This document shows positions 26,105 to 35,680 of a stretch of 64,000 bases of DNA, piece by piece. Numbering within the stretch: position 1 is the stretch's first letter; each line of letters opens with the position of its first letter. The DNA lies in NCBI GenBank assembly GCA_963809925.1, contig CAWELH010000007.1, positions 98,347 to 162,346 of the forward strand, read 5' to 3'. The DNA comes from an uncultured Bacteroidales bacterium. Its GTDB lineage: Bacteria; Bacteroidota; Bacteroidia; Bacteroidales; GCA-2748055. Made by a program: the position numbers and the translations under genes. The notes below the pieces were generated by a model that had not been told where the DNA came from, searched no databases, and worked only from the letters and a program-made list of their open reading frames with translations.

Positions 26105-26734
26105 ATGTGGAAATACTTCATTCTCCTTTCATTTCTTCTGAATTCCGCACTCTCCGGTATCAGCGCCCAGAAAGTCCAGGACACTCAGCCACTGCGGGTA
26201 TTTCTGCTCGGTGATTACCAGGCTGCTGAATGCGACTGGACATCAACCGACAGTTCTGTTGTTATTATTAAAACCTGTGTGCCGGATTTCAGCTCTCAGC
26301 AATTGTCCTGGATACTTAAAAGGCAGATTATTGGTCCCCTCCGGGACGAAGGCAGGACCGGACCCGGTCTCTGTATCCTGAACACCGGGCAGCTCGATAT
26401 CGTTCTGGGAGTACCTCCCTACCGGATCATTCAGAATATTGACAAAATGAAAACCATGCTGTCAAACAGGGATATCGACCTTGTCGTGATGGCCCCGCTC
26501 TGTTTCAGCAGTGCTTCGGAATACAATTCGGATCTCAATGTACTGAGTGAAAAAATCAGAATGTACTGCGATTCAAGCGGCGTTGGCTTCCTTGATCCCA
26601 ACACTGTGCTCTCGCCGGAAGGCATCCTGGAATCGAAGGTTGTAACCGACGGATATCTGATCAATCAATCGGGTTGTGAGAAATGGAATAAATTAATTAA
26701 CGAATATCTTTCAAACTATGATAAGGAAAAATAA
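26105..26734 (+). CDS. Secreted SGNH-like protein with degenerate catalytic blocks
   Basis: Signal peptide. Block I reads VFLLGDYQ (Tyr in the Ser position). The block V position reads TDGYL (Leu in the His position). Overlaps the next, intact SGNH gene by 17 nt. Confidence 0.45.
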   Translation: MWKYFILLSFLLNSALSGISAQKVQDTQPLRVFLLGDYQAAECDWTSTDSSVVIIKTCVPDFSSQQLSWILKRQIIGPLRDEGRTGPGLCILNTGQLDIVLGVPPYRIIQNIDKMKTMLSNRDIDLVVMAPLCFSSASEYNSDLNVLSEKIRMYCDSSGVGFLDPNTVLSPEGILESKVVTDGYLINQSGCEKWNKLINEYLSNYDKEK

Positions 26735-27410
26735 CAGCCCGGCTATTTTCGCTATCGGCGTTGCACTATTATTCTCTTGTGCAAGAGACCCGCAAATCAA
26801 GGAGGTGGTGTGGCCCACAGACATTAACTATGCCTATGTGGCTTCAGAAAGAATCAACCGGATACTGGAACACAAACCGGATAAAACGAAGTACGCGATG
26901 CTGGGTAATTCCATCACGGAACTCGGGCAAGACTGGAACAAATGGCTCGACAGGAATGATGTTATAAACAGTGGCCAAGGCGGATACACGACACAGCAGT
27001 TCACATGGCTGCTCGATTCCTGTGTACTAGCCTCAAAGCCGGAGTACTGCTTTATCATGGGTGGAATTAACGATCTTTCTCTCGGAATCCCGGTAAGCAG
27101 GATCTTTTCAAACTACAAGTACATTCTTTCTACCCTGAAGAAGCACCATATCCATGCTATTGTCCAATCAACACTGTACCAGGCCGGGAACTCGGAAAAT
27201 AACCCAAAAGTCACAGAACTGAACGGACTACTCATTGCCTGGTGTAATGAACACAATATTCCATTCATCGATTTGAATGTTGAAATGTCGGATGAGACCG
27301 GTCTGAAAAAAGACCTTACCACCGACGGAACTCATCTTACTGACGCAGGGTACACGGTTTGGTCCGGGATCCTGAAGATATTTATTGCAAAACTGGAAAA
27401 CAAGAGCTAG
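26718..27410 (+). CDS. SGNH/GDSL-family hydrolase (lipoprotein)
   Basis: Lipobox LLFSC. Blocks AMLGNSITELG, GQGGYT, GGINDL, TDGTHLTDAGY. Confidence 0.8.
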   Translation: MIRKNNSPAIFAIGVALLFSCARDPQIKEVVWPTDINYAYVASERINRILEHKPDKTKYAMLGNSITELGQDWNKWLDRNDVINSGQGGYTTQQFTWLLDSCVLASKPEYCFIMGGINDLSLGIPVSRIFSNYKYILSTLKKHHIHAIVQSTLYQAGNSENNPKVTELNGLLIAWCNEHNIPFIDLNVEMSDETGLKKDLTTDGTHLTDAGYTVWSGILKIFIAKLENKS

Positions 27411-27518
27411 CTGATAAAATCCGGATATCTACATTGGGCACGCCGGGCCATGTTAGGACTTAAAAAACCGTACCGTCCGGAAGCATCCCACCCTGCTATT
27501 CATATCCGATCTTTTCAT

Positions 27519-27526
27519 TAACTTTG
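27519..27526 (+). promoter_or_regulatory. -7 box TAACTTTG upstream of folB
   Basis: Matches TAnnTTTG. Only 7 nt before the first ATG, so the true folB start may be a downstream Met (27546 or 27552). Confidence 0.35.
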
Positions 27527-27533
27527 TAGCTAT

Positions 27534-27899
27534 ATGTTGGTCACCATGGGAATGATCCATCTTGAGAGCATGGAGTTCTATGCTTTTCACGGGCATTATG
27601 AAGAAGAACAGATCGTTGGAAACCGGTTTCTGGTCGACCTTGTTATTGAAACCGACATGCAGCGTCCGGCAGCGTCGGATGAACTTGAGGATGCCGTCAA
27701 CTACCAGGAAGCATACCGGCTGGTGAAACGGGAGATGAAAAAAAAATCAAAATTACTGGAAAACATTGCAAACAGGATCCTGGAAGCCATATTTGAAGAA
27801 TTCAGTGGGATCAGCAAAGCAACAGTGACTATACGAAAGATGAATCCACCTGTAGGTGGACAGATGAAGGCAGTAAGCGTAACATTAAGTAAACCGTGA
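27534..27899 (+). CDS. folB: Dihydroneopterin aldolase
   Basis: IHLESMEFYAFHGHYEEEQIVGNRFLVDLVIE and DAVNYQEAY are typical FolB motifs. About 120 aa. Confidence 0.85.
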   Translation: MLVTMGMIHLESMEFYAFHGHYEEEQIVGNRFLVDLVIETDMQRPAASDELEDAVNYQEAYRLVKREMKKKSKLLENIANRILEAIFEEFSGISKATVTIRKMNPPVGGQMKAVSVTLSKP

Positions 27900-28066
27900 T
27901 GGAAGAAAAAATATGTCCTGAATGTGGTAACACGTTTTCATGTGAAGGAGAGAACGATTGCTGGTGCGAACATACACAGATCCACAAGAAAGAGATGGTG
28001 GTTATTATGGACAGGTACGATGATTGCCTTTGTCCCGACTGCCTTGCAAAATTCTCAGAGGAATGA
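27899..28066 (+). CDS. Cysteine-rich CWC-family small protein (55 aa)
   Basis: Hand-translated as MEEKICPECGNTFSCEGENDCWCEHTQIHKKEMVVIMDRYDDCLCPDCLAKFSEE. The ATG overlaps the folB stop (TGATG). Below the track cut-off. Confidence 0.65.
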   Translation: MEEKICPECGNTFSCEGENDCWCEHTQIHKKEMVVIMDRYDDCLCPDCLAKFSEE

Positions 28067-28087
28067 GCATCCCTGAGGAGGCGTCTT

Positions 28088-29173
28088 TCATTCAGATTTT
28101 TTTTTCCTTATAACAATGACCGGGTAGGCGCCATGCTTCCCAAACCACCGTGGATACTTTTCCTCGAGATCCCTGAGTTTTCTGAGAATGCTTTCGCCAA
28201 AGAGTCTTTTGTGAATATAAATATTCATAAAATACTTATTGGTACTCCGCCAGCAATAGAAACTGATCTCCCCGGAAAAGGGAAATCGTTTTCTGAACCA
28301 TGAGCGGGGATGAACATAGAAATATAGTCGGGGTTTCGAGCTGAAGAGCCTAACCCAAACCTTTCCGGCATAATGTCTCAGTAATCTGTAAATCTGTATC
28401 GGGAATAATGAGATATCCATCAGCAGGCTGTAAAAAAACCAATTATATACAATAGCGACAGATGTGCCCGGTCTGGCTACCCTGTAAAGTTCCCCCACAG
28501 CCTTATGCTGCTCATTTTTAGGTATGTGGTAAAGTGTATGTTGAGAAAGTACCGCATCACATATACCTTCCTGCAGGGGAATATTGGTGATATCACCGCA
28601 GATAAAAATACCTTTCCGACCGTTCAGGTTGTGTTTTGCCTGGATGAGTGCATTAACTGAGATATCGATACAGATCCGGATCTCATACCCGTCTGATAAA
28701 GTGAGATATTCTTTTAATCCAATCGGTCCTGATGCAATATCCAGAAAATACTTGCCCTCCGCATTGAGATACTGTCTGGCTCTGGAGAAACAATGGAATA
28801 TATATGCAGAAGACACTTCGCGGTAGTCAACCCATTTACCCGTATCCTCATAAATTGTCATGCCTTCTTTCAGCTTATAGCTAATGTCATTGTAATAGTT
28901 AAATACACGCTTCTTATCGAAGACCATGCCGCTGCGTATGTCCTCACCATCGCCGGTAAACCATGCATAGTGTGGCAGTAGAAGTATAATGCCTTCCATA
29001 ACCGGATAAAGATAGCGTCCTGACGCATTGATGTAGCCCCCGTCAATTTCACCTTCAGGCATGTTCAGTTCGAAGTCTTTTCCAATAATGCCTGCGATGT
29101 CCTCAACAGTAACTCTGGTTAACGATTCACCGCTTACCGGGCATCGAAGAATGATAGGGTCTGCTTCATACAT
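28088..29173 (-). CDS. Class I SAM-dependent methyltransferase with N-terminal Trm112-like zinc-ribbon segment
   Basis: LRCPVSGESL ... YPVMEGIILLLP at the N-terminus. Motif I FLDIASGPIG. Motif post-I/II region CIDIS, FICGDI. Confidence 0.75.
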   Translation of the reverse strand: MYEADPIILRCPVSGESLTRVTVEDIAGIIGKDFELNMPEGEIDGGYINASGRYLYPVMEGIILLLPHYAWFTGDGEDIRSGMVFDKKRVFNYYNDISYKLKEGMTIYEDTGKWVDYREVSSAYIFHCFSRARQYLNAEGKYFLDIASGPIGLKEYLTLSDGYEIRICIDISVNALIQAKHNLNGRKGIFICGDITNIPLQEGICDAVLSQHTLYHIPKNEQHKAVGELYRVARPGTSVAIVYNWFFYSLLMDISLFPIQIYRLLRHYAGKVWVRLFSSKPRLYFYVHPRSWFRKRFPFSGEISFYCWRSTNKYFMNIYIHKRLFGESILRKLRDLEEKYPRWFGKHGAYPVIVIRKKKSE

Positions 29174-29428
29174 AAGTGGATGCTTGATTAAAACAGCGCT
29201 AAAGATAAAAAAAAATAAGTTTGAGACTGAGCCGGGAGGAATTGATATTGCGAAAGGTTGTCAACGATCACCGAATCTGAATACCGCAGATCGAAGTCAA
29301 AAAATATTTAATCCACTCTTAATATTGTAACCATAAATTTTTTTTTAATTTTAGTCGGTCAGGAGGATACACAAATCCCGTCAAAATAGGGTACATATAA
29401 ACGGAAGATATCGACAACATTTAATGAT

Positions 29429-30976
29429 TTGAGAAAACACAAGGTAAATCTTAAGAACTTAATTCCCATTCTCCTGGTTGCATGTGGTATTGTATTATTA
29501 CATATCATCGGCCAGGTCAATTATCTCTTGTTTCATGTACTCATCGAATTCTTCACCATCGTTATTGCCTTCTCCCTGTTCATTATCACGGTGAATTCTA
29601 TGGACATGCTGGATAACAATTACCTGCTTATTGTGGGAATTTCAGCATTGTTCATCGGCTTTCTTGATTTACTGCACGTCCTGACATATCCGGGGATGAC
29701 CATTATTACACCGGGGAATTTTTATGCCAACCAGTTCTGGATCGCTACCCGATTCCTGGAGAGTATAACCCTCCTCAGCGGTTTCCTGTTTCTTGAAAGA
29801 AAGATCAAATCCCATTTCAGGCTGATATTTGCCATATATTTCTTCATAACCACCATTATCGTACTGAGTATCTTAATCTTAAAAATTTTTCCAACTTGTT
29901 ATATCGAGGGAGTAGGTCAGACAAAATTCAAAATTTACAGTGAATATGTCATCATCGTGATCCTGTTTGCAGCACTCTTCGTTCTTGTGAAAAAGAAGAC
30001 CCATTTCGAAAAGGACATTTATATTTTGATCGCCATTTCTATCGGTTTTACCATCCTGAGTGAATACATGTTCACGCTGTACTTTTCGAATTTTGGTATC
30101 TTCAATCAATTTGGCCATTATTTTAAATTTGTCGCCTTCATCCTCATATATAAAGCAAATATTGAGACCGGCTTTATCAGGCCAACAAAAGTTATTTACC
30201 ATTCCCTGGTTATGAGCCAGGAAGAAATCGACCGCTACAATATCCAATTAAAAGAGGAAATTGCCACACGTGACCGGTTCTTCTCCATCATCGCGCATGA
30301 TCTGAGAAGTCCTCTGGCTTCTATCATCATGGCTTCTGAAGTCATGCACAAAAAGGTAAGTCAGTTCAACACTGACAATCTCCTCAAATACACTGAAAAT
30401 ATTTATAATATCTCAAAAAATACATTTACTCTCCTTGAAAACCTTCTTGAATGGTCAAAATTCAAAACAGGTTCACTGACGGTCAATCCTGCAAAATTTA
30501 ATATTAACGACAGCGTGATGAGAGTCGTCAGTCTTTACCATCAGATAGCAGAGAATAAGAATATTGAACTTTCTGCCTTCAAGGGCCCTGATATTCAGGT
30601 ATATGCTGATCCTGATATGGTAAATTCGGTCCTTCGCAATCTCATTTCCAATGCCCTGAAATTCACATCAGATGGAGGAAAAGTGGCCATCAGTATTGAT
30701 GATGGGGAAGAATTCGTATTTGTCCATATCAGGGATAACGGCACGGGCATTAAACCAGAAAAGCTCGATACCCTGTTTGACATTGGACATGTCAGTTCAC
30801 AAAGAGGTACGTCGAATGAAAAAGGTACTGGTCTCGGCCTGATGTTATGCCGGGATTTTGTGAATGAAAATGGGGGACAGATCATGGTAGAGAGTCAGTT
30901 TGGCGTTGGCAGCACGTTTACCTTCACCCTGAAAAAGCTGTCACGAAATGTGAATCCGGCAGAATCGAAGTTATAG
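29429..30976 (+). CDS. Sensor histidine kinase with multi-pass membrane (MASE3-like) input domain
   Basis: About 7-8 TM helices in the first 250 aa (LFHVLIEFFTIVIAFSLF). H-box FFSIIAHDLRSPL, N-box NLISNALKFT, G1 IRDNGTGI, G2 GTGLGL. TTG start as listed. Confidence 0.85.
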   Translation: MRKHKVNLKNLIPILLVACGIVLLHIIGQVNYLLFHVLIEFFTIVIAFSLFIITVNSMDMLDNNYLLIVGISALFIGFLDLLHVLTYPGMTIITPGNFYANQFWIATRFLESITLLSGFLFLERKIKSHFRLIFAIYFFITTIIVLSILILKIFPTCYIEGVGQTKFKIYSEYVIIVILFAALFVLVKKKTHFEKDIYILIAISIGFTILSEYMFTLYFSNFGIFNQFGHYFKFVAFILIYKANIETGFIRPTKVIYHSLVMSQEEIDRYNIQLKEEIATRDRFFSIIAHDLRSPLASIIMASEVMHKKVSQFNTDNLLKYTENIYNISKNTFTLLENLLEWSKFKTGSLTVNPAKFNINDSVMRVVSLYHQIAENKNIELSAFKGPDIQVYADPDMVNSVLRNLISNALKFTSDGGKVAISIDDGEEFVFVHIRDNGTGIKPEKLDTLFDIGHVSSQRGTSNEKGTGLGLMLCRDFVNENGGQIMVESQFGVGSTFTFTLKKLSRNVNPAESKL

Positions 30977-31123
30977 ATCCCCGTAAATCAATATTTTGAC
31001 CTTTGTCACGTTATAAATGATCGGTATTGATTATTTTTGTTATGAATTTGTTAACCTTCAGAACCTAATAACAATAAAGTATCATAATATCGGTTAACGT
31101 CTTATTCAGGAATATCTGAATTC

Positions 31124-31579
31124 ATGCATCCTTTTCACCAGGGAAAAATGAAACCTAAAATTCGGAGCATGGGGAAAACTGAAGCTAATACATTAACAAC
31201 AGAGGTTTTGCTGGGTAAAATAATTCTTATCGTCGAAGATGACGAATTTATTTTCAGCCTGCTCGAAGTAATGCTAAAAAATACCGGTGTCGATGTGATT
31301 CATGCAGACAATGGTGAGGAGGCTCTGGCACTACTGGATATCAGACACTTTGATCTTGTCCTTCTGGATGTAAGATTGCCGGGGCAGAACGGTTTCGAGA
31401 TCTTTGAAAAAATCAGAAAGTTTAAAAAAAATATCCCCGTTGTCGCTCAAACAGCCAATTGTATCCCGGAAGAAAAGAAAAAATTTCTCGCTGCAGGATT
31501 CGCTGATTACCTCGAGAAACCTATTGATGCTGCTACGATTACGCAATTAATGGTAAAATTGATCGGTAGCAGGAACTAG
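31124..31579 (+). CDS. Stand-alone response regulator receiver protein
   Basis: IILIVEDDEF, LVLLDVRLPGQNG (acceptor Asp), VVAQTAN, YLEKPI. No output domain. The start is uncertain. Confidence 0.85.
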   Translation: MHPFHQGKMKPKIRSMGKTEANTLTTEVLLGKIILIVEDDEFIFSLLEVMLKNTGVDVIHADNGEEALALLDIRHFDLVLLDVRLPGQNGFEIFEKIRKFKKNIPVVAQTANCIPEEKKKFLAAGFADYLEKPIDAATITQLMVKLIGSRN

Positions 31580-31832
31580 ATTGGGTGTTTCATTGTTTTT
31601 ACGGCATTAATACGGCATTAATACGGCAATTACGCAGCATTCGATGTACACAGCAAGCAAATTGTCTGCACCTTTTTTAGTTTGCATTGCGGTCCCGAAC
31701 ATATGGATATTAGCTCATACAAGGAAAAGCGGAGTTTCAGGCTGTGGATTTATATCAAAAATAAACACAGGTAATCTGATAATTTAAGAATTTACCTTAA
31801 ATTGTCGTTATGATTGAAGCAGGGCAACACCC

Positions 31833-32537
31833 ATGAAATCCATTTCAAAAATACAATTTGTCAGTATATCACTCCTTTTGCTATTATTGATATTTGCTGT
31901 TACATCCTGTTTTTCAGGAAATAAAAATTATATTATCGTTATCGGAGATCAGAATTCTGCGGGGAAGGACAGCTGGGTCCGGATGCTTGAAAACATGATG
32001 CCGGAGGACCGTATTGTAAATTTTTCACCACCAGGCAACACCTTCGGATTTAATAATCTGAACAACGAAAATCTGAATACCCTAAAAAATATCGATACGT
32101 ATCTTGATAATGCACTGGACTCGGTGGGAGGTCATAAGATCGACTACCTGATTATTTCACTGGGGGGAAACGATTGTAAACTAACCTTCGATAAGAAAAT
32201 ACAGACAGTTCCGGAAAATTTGGATAACCTTATACGGAAAATAAATGGATTTCCGGGATTTAAAAACAGGCCTCCACATCTCGTGGTACTAACGCCGTTG
32301 CCTTTCGGACCCGACTCCTTATTGCCAGCCCGGTACCAGGGGTCAGATGAACGTGTTAGGTACCTCATTCCTTATTACAAGGACATCGCTCATCAAAACC
32401 GTTGCGGCTTTATTGATATATATGAAAAGCTGGATGAAGAATTTATGAAATACAGCCCGGACGGCCTTCATCTGAATAGTGATGCTCAGGATGTAATTGC
32501 GGGCAGTATATACAATTATCTGATCGATCATCCCTGA
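31833..32537 (+). CDS. SGNH/GDSL-like hydrolase (lipoprotein)
   Basis: Lipobox AVTSC. VIGDQNSAG, ISLGGNDC, PDGLHLNSDAQ blocks. Confidence 0.65.
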   Translation: MKSISKIQFVSISLLLLLLIFAVTSCFSGNKNYIIVIGDQNSAGKDSWVRMLENMMPEDRIVNFSPPGNTFGFNNLNNENLNTLKNIDTYLDNALDSVGGHKIDYLIISLGGNDCKLTFDKKIQTVPENLDNLIRKINGFPGFKNRPPHLVVLTPLPFGPDSLLPARYQGSDERVRYLIPYYKDIAHQNRCGFIDIYEKLDEEFMKYSPDGLHLNSDAQDVIAGSIYNYLIDHP

Positions 32538-32636
32538 TCAAAGGGAACTGACTTACCCTCCTGAGTAATATATCCTGCATTAAAGATGGTTCGCCTGATA
32601 AAGGTATGAAATTGAAGAGCAGGCTTACCCGGGAAT

Positions 32637-33014
32637 CTAAACGTTTTTCTCCAGGAGCCATTTCATTGCAGCATCGGGCGTTGAAAATACCTTGTGATAA
32701 TAATTCGGGATTGTATTTCTCTGCTCCGTGATCATCGACATCGCTGTTTCTTTTGGCCGTGTCTGTACAAAGGCTGCCTTGATAAAGGTAAAGGCCTTAA
32801 GCTGAATCTTCAGGGCATCCAAAACCACTGGCAGCTCTCTTTCTGAAAAATCATACTCGCCCTCTCTGACATCTGTAAGAATCTTGAGCTCTCTTGGGAT
32901 CATTTTGTTCCTGGACAAGCTTTCCCCGAATTCTGTAAGCTCCTTACAGCCCAGCTTGCCCAGATACCTGACCTCCAATATATCAAGTTTCATATTGTAC
33001 GTACTTCTTATCAT
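32637..33014 (-). CDS. Hypothetical protein (possibly STAS/SpoIIAA-like fold)
   Basis: 125-aa ORF with sensible composition. No firm motif; the fold guess is by recall only. Confidence 0.4.
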   Translation of the reverse strand: MIRSTYNMKLDILEVRYLGKLGCKELTEFGESLSRNKMIPRELKILTDVREGEYDFSERELPVVLDALKIQLKAFTFIKAAFVQTRPKETAMSMITEQRNTIPNYYHKVFSTPDAAMKWLLEKNV

Positions 33015-33291
33015 CTTCTTCGATTTACATCAACCTGATCAATCAGGTACATGAAACGAATACAAATTAGAAAATCTGTTCAATTATATTAAAATAGCCA
33101 GTTCATTTCAATAATTGAAGGAAATAGTTATCATTAATTTTACCAAAGATAAAAGAAATGGGGCGAATTCAGATATATAGAAGGTTAGTAATCCAATCGT
33201 CCAAGTTAATGAAAGATCGATCTTTGGTGTAAATCTGTTGTTTAAAAAAAAATTGCGTGTAATTTTAACCCCGCGACAAAACCCATTTCAA

Positions 33292-34944
33292 ATGAAAATA
33301 TCAATACTTTCAATGTTAACTTCCATCGGTGTGCTAATGCTCCTCGTATTAAACGTTGTACCTGGATTTAGTCAATCGGACCCGGTGGCCACCGTTGATT
33401 CTCTGAACCCCGTTTTCCTTAACTGGTTTGATAAAAGCCCGGCACACGACAAGATAGAAGGGGTAGCTGCCGACAGAACGTATACGGAACTTATCGGAAG
33501 TACAGCGGCAAAGAAAAAGGTAGTGGTAGCGGTGATTGATGGCGGGGTTGATACTGCCCATATTGATCTTAAAGGAAGAATCTGGGTAAACCAGGATGAG
33601 ATTCCGGGCAATGGAATTGATGATGATGGAAACGGCTATGTTGATGACATCCACGGGTGGAACTTTTTAGGTAATAAAAGTGGGGAAAACCTCCGGTATG
33701 CCAATTATGAGGAAGTCAGAATTCTCAGGAAACTGGAGCCCCGTTTTCGCGATGTGGATACGATTTCCCAGGTAGATCCCGCTGAAATAGGCGATTATGA
33801 ACTTTATAGGGAGTGTAAAGCGTCAATCGCTAAAAAAAAGGCAAAGTTTCAGACCTTGAAATCAAACATCGAGTACCTTGAACTGAATATTACTTATGCA
33901 GAAAACATTATCAGGGAATTTCTCGGAAAGGACACCTTTTCCATCGAAGATATCCAACAGATCGAGTCGGACAGGAACGATGTAAATATGATGAAAAACT
34001 ATCTTTTGAGGCTTCATACCAATGGTCTGTCAAAAGCGGGCATTGACGATCTGATGGAAATGGCGGAAGTGCATCTTGAAAAACAATTAAATCCCGATTT
34101 CGATCCGCAGTATATCATAGGTGACGATCCCGATGATATCCATGACAGTTATTACGGCAATAATGATGTCACCGGTCCCGATGCCTTCCATGGGACCTTT
34201 GTTGCAGGCATCATTGCCGCAATAAGGGATAACGGCATCGGAATCAACGGCATTGCTTCCAGTGTGGAGATCATGAGCGTCAGAGCCGTGCCCGATGGCG
34301 ATGAAAGGGATAAGGATGTTGCTCTGGCAATCCGCTATGCTGTAGACAATGGAGCAGACATCATCAATATGAGCTTCGGTAAGGATTTCTCACCACATAA
34401 GGATTTTGTCGATGATGCGGTAAAGTATGCTGAATCTCACAATGTTCTCATGATCCATGCAGCCGGAAATGATGCAAACGATATCGACAACGTTCCTAGT
34501 TTTCCTATGAAGAAGATGAATGACGGAACGCAGGTTTCAAACTGGATCTCCGTCGGTGCCAATTCAAAAACCAGGGATGCAGACCTGGCCGCCTCATTTT
34601 CAAATTATGGAAAGAAGAATGTCGACCTATTCGCTCCCGGGGTGAATATGATTTCTCTTCACCCTGGAAACCTATATGAAATGGGCGACGGAACAAGCTT
34701 TGCTGCTCCATCGGTGAGTGGTGTGGCTGCACTCGTTCTATCGTATCATCCCGACCTGTCGGCACAGGCCTTGAAAGATGTGATCCTGAATTCCACAAGC
34801 AAAGTTAAACGACTGAAGGTTAGGATGCCTGTTGATGATAACTCCGATGAACCCGGTGATCCAAAGACTGTCAGATTTGGCAGCCTCTCGGTAACCGGAG
34901 GTATCGTCAATGTCTATAAAGCGTTCAAAAAGGCAGGGAAATGA
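33292..34944 (+). CDS. S8-family (subtilisin-like) serine peptidase
   Basis: Catalytic triad contexts VAVIDGGVDTAH (D), HGTFVAGIIAA (H), GTSFAAPSVSGVAAL (S). Signal peptide from the ATG at 33292 (MKISILSMLTSIGVLMLL). Confidence 0.9.
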   Translation: MKISILSMLTSIGVLMLLVLNVVPGFSQSDPVATVDSLNPVFLNWFDKSPAHDKIEGVAADRTYTELIGSTAAKKKVVVAVIDGGVDTAHIDLKGRIWVNQDEIPGNGIDDDGNGYVDDIHGWNFLGNKSGENLRYANYEEVRILRKLEPRFRDVDTISQVDPAEIGDYELYRECKASIAKKKAKFQTLKSNIEYLELNITYAENIIREFLGKDTFSIEDIQQIESDRNDVNMMKNYLLRLHTNGLSKAGIDDLMEMAEVHLEKQLNPDFDPQYIIGDDPDDIHDSYYGNNDVTGPDAFHGTFVAGIIAAIRDNGIGINGIASSVEIMSVRAVPDGDERDKDVALAIRYAVDNGADIINMSFGKDFSPHKDFVDDAVKYAESHNVLMIHAAGNDANDIDNVPSFPMKKMNDGTQVSNWISVGANSKTRDADLAASFSNYGKKNVDLFAPGVNMISLHPGNLYEMGDGTSFAAPSVSGVAALVLSYHPDLSAQALKDVILNSTSKVKRLKVRMPVDDNSDEPGDPKTVRFGSLSVTGGIVNVYKAFKKAGK

Positions 34945-35054
34945 TAGCCGAAAGGGGAGGCAAGATTACTTCACCGGAACAAACTTTCTGCATACCGGGT
35001 GTGTTTAGTCCACATTGGAATTCACAGTATCCACTGCCTTAACATCAATGCAAT

Positions 35055-35495
35055 ATGAAAAACATTCTGGTCGCGCTTGATTTTGAAGACAAGTTTTCCG
35101 CCCTGGTTGATATCGCCGCTGAATTGGCAAAAAAATTCGGTGCCAAAGTGTGGCTCGTACACGTGGCAGCCCCCGAACCGGATTTTGTCGGTTATGATGT
35201 CGGCCCTCAGTATATCCGTGACTTTAGAGCCCAGGACCTTCGGGAGGAACATAAGTCTATTCAAAAGTTTGTCAAACTTTTAGAAGAAACCAATATTGAA
35301 GCTGACGGAATCCTGCTACAGGGTGCCACATCTAGTACCATCCTGGAACAAGCGGAAAAACTCAATATCGACCTCATAATTATCGGGCATCATGAACATA
35401 GTTTGTTCTATGATACTTTTCTGGGCAACAGCTCATCTTCCGTGATTAATAAATCGAAGGTGCCTGTCATGGTCATACCGGTGGGAAAAACCTGA
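35055..35495 (+). CDS. Universal stress protein (UspA family)
   Basis: ILVALDFED, WLVHV, LIIIGHHEHSLFYDTFLGNSSSSVINKSKVPVMVIP. Confidence 0.85.
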   Translation: MKNILVALDFEDKFSALVDIAAELAKKFGAKVWLVHVAAPEPDFVGYDVGPQYIRDFRAQDLREEHKSIQKFVKLLEETNIEADGILLQGATSSTILEQAEKLNIDLIIIGHHEHSLFYDTFLGNSSSSVINKSKVPVMVIPVGKT

Positions 35496-35680
35496 GGATC
35501 TGTTCCTTCAGCAATCCGGATTAATTTTAAGACATTTTCTTATGTTGAAATTCGGGATATCTGCTTTTATTCATTCCAAATAACACATTCTTCCGTCAAT
35601 TTCTGAGGACTTGATTACCATATCTTTTCATGTAGGTTGTACATTGCTCTTTTAAATAATCAATTGCAAAAACTACCAAC

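Noticed and set aside
31601-31633. 11-nt tandem repeat ACGGCATTAAT x2 plus a degenerate third copy after the response-regulator gene
   Set aside because: Too short and unique in the window to interpret. Probably simple slippage.
29429-35495. HK, RR, SGNH, STAS-like, S8 protease and USP considered as one functional system
   Set aside because: The genes are on mixed strands with 150-250-nt gaps and no overlaps. All are common stand-alone families. I see no sequence evidence for coupling beyond the HK/RR pair.
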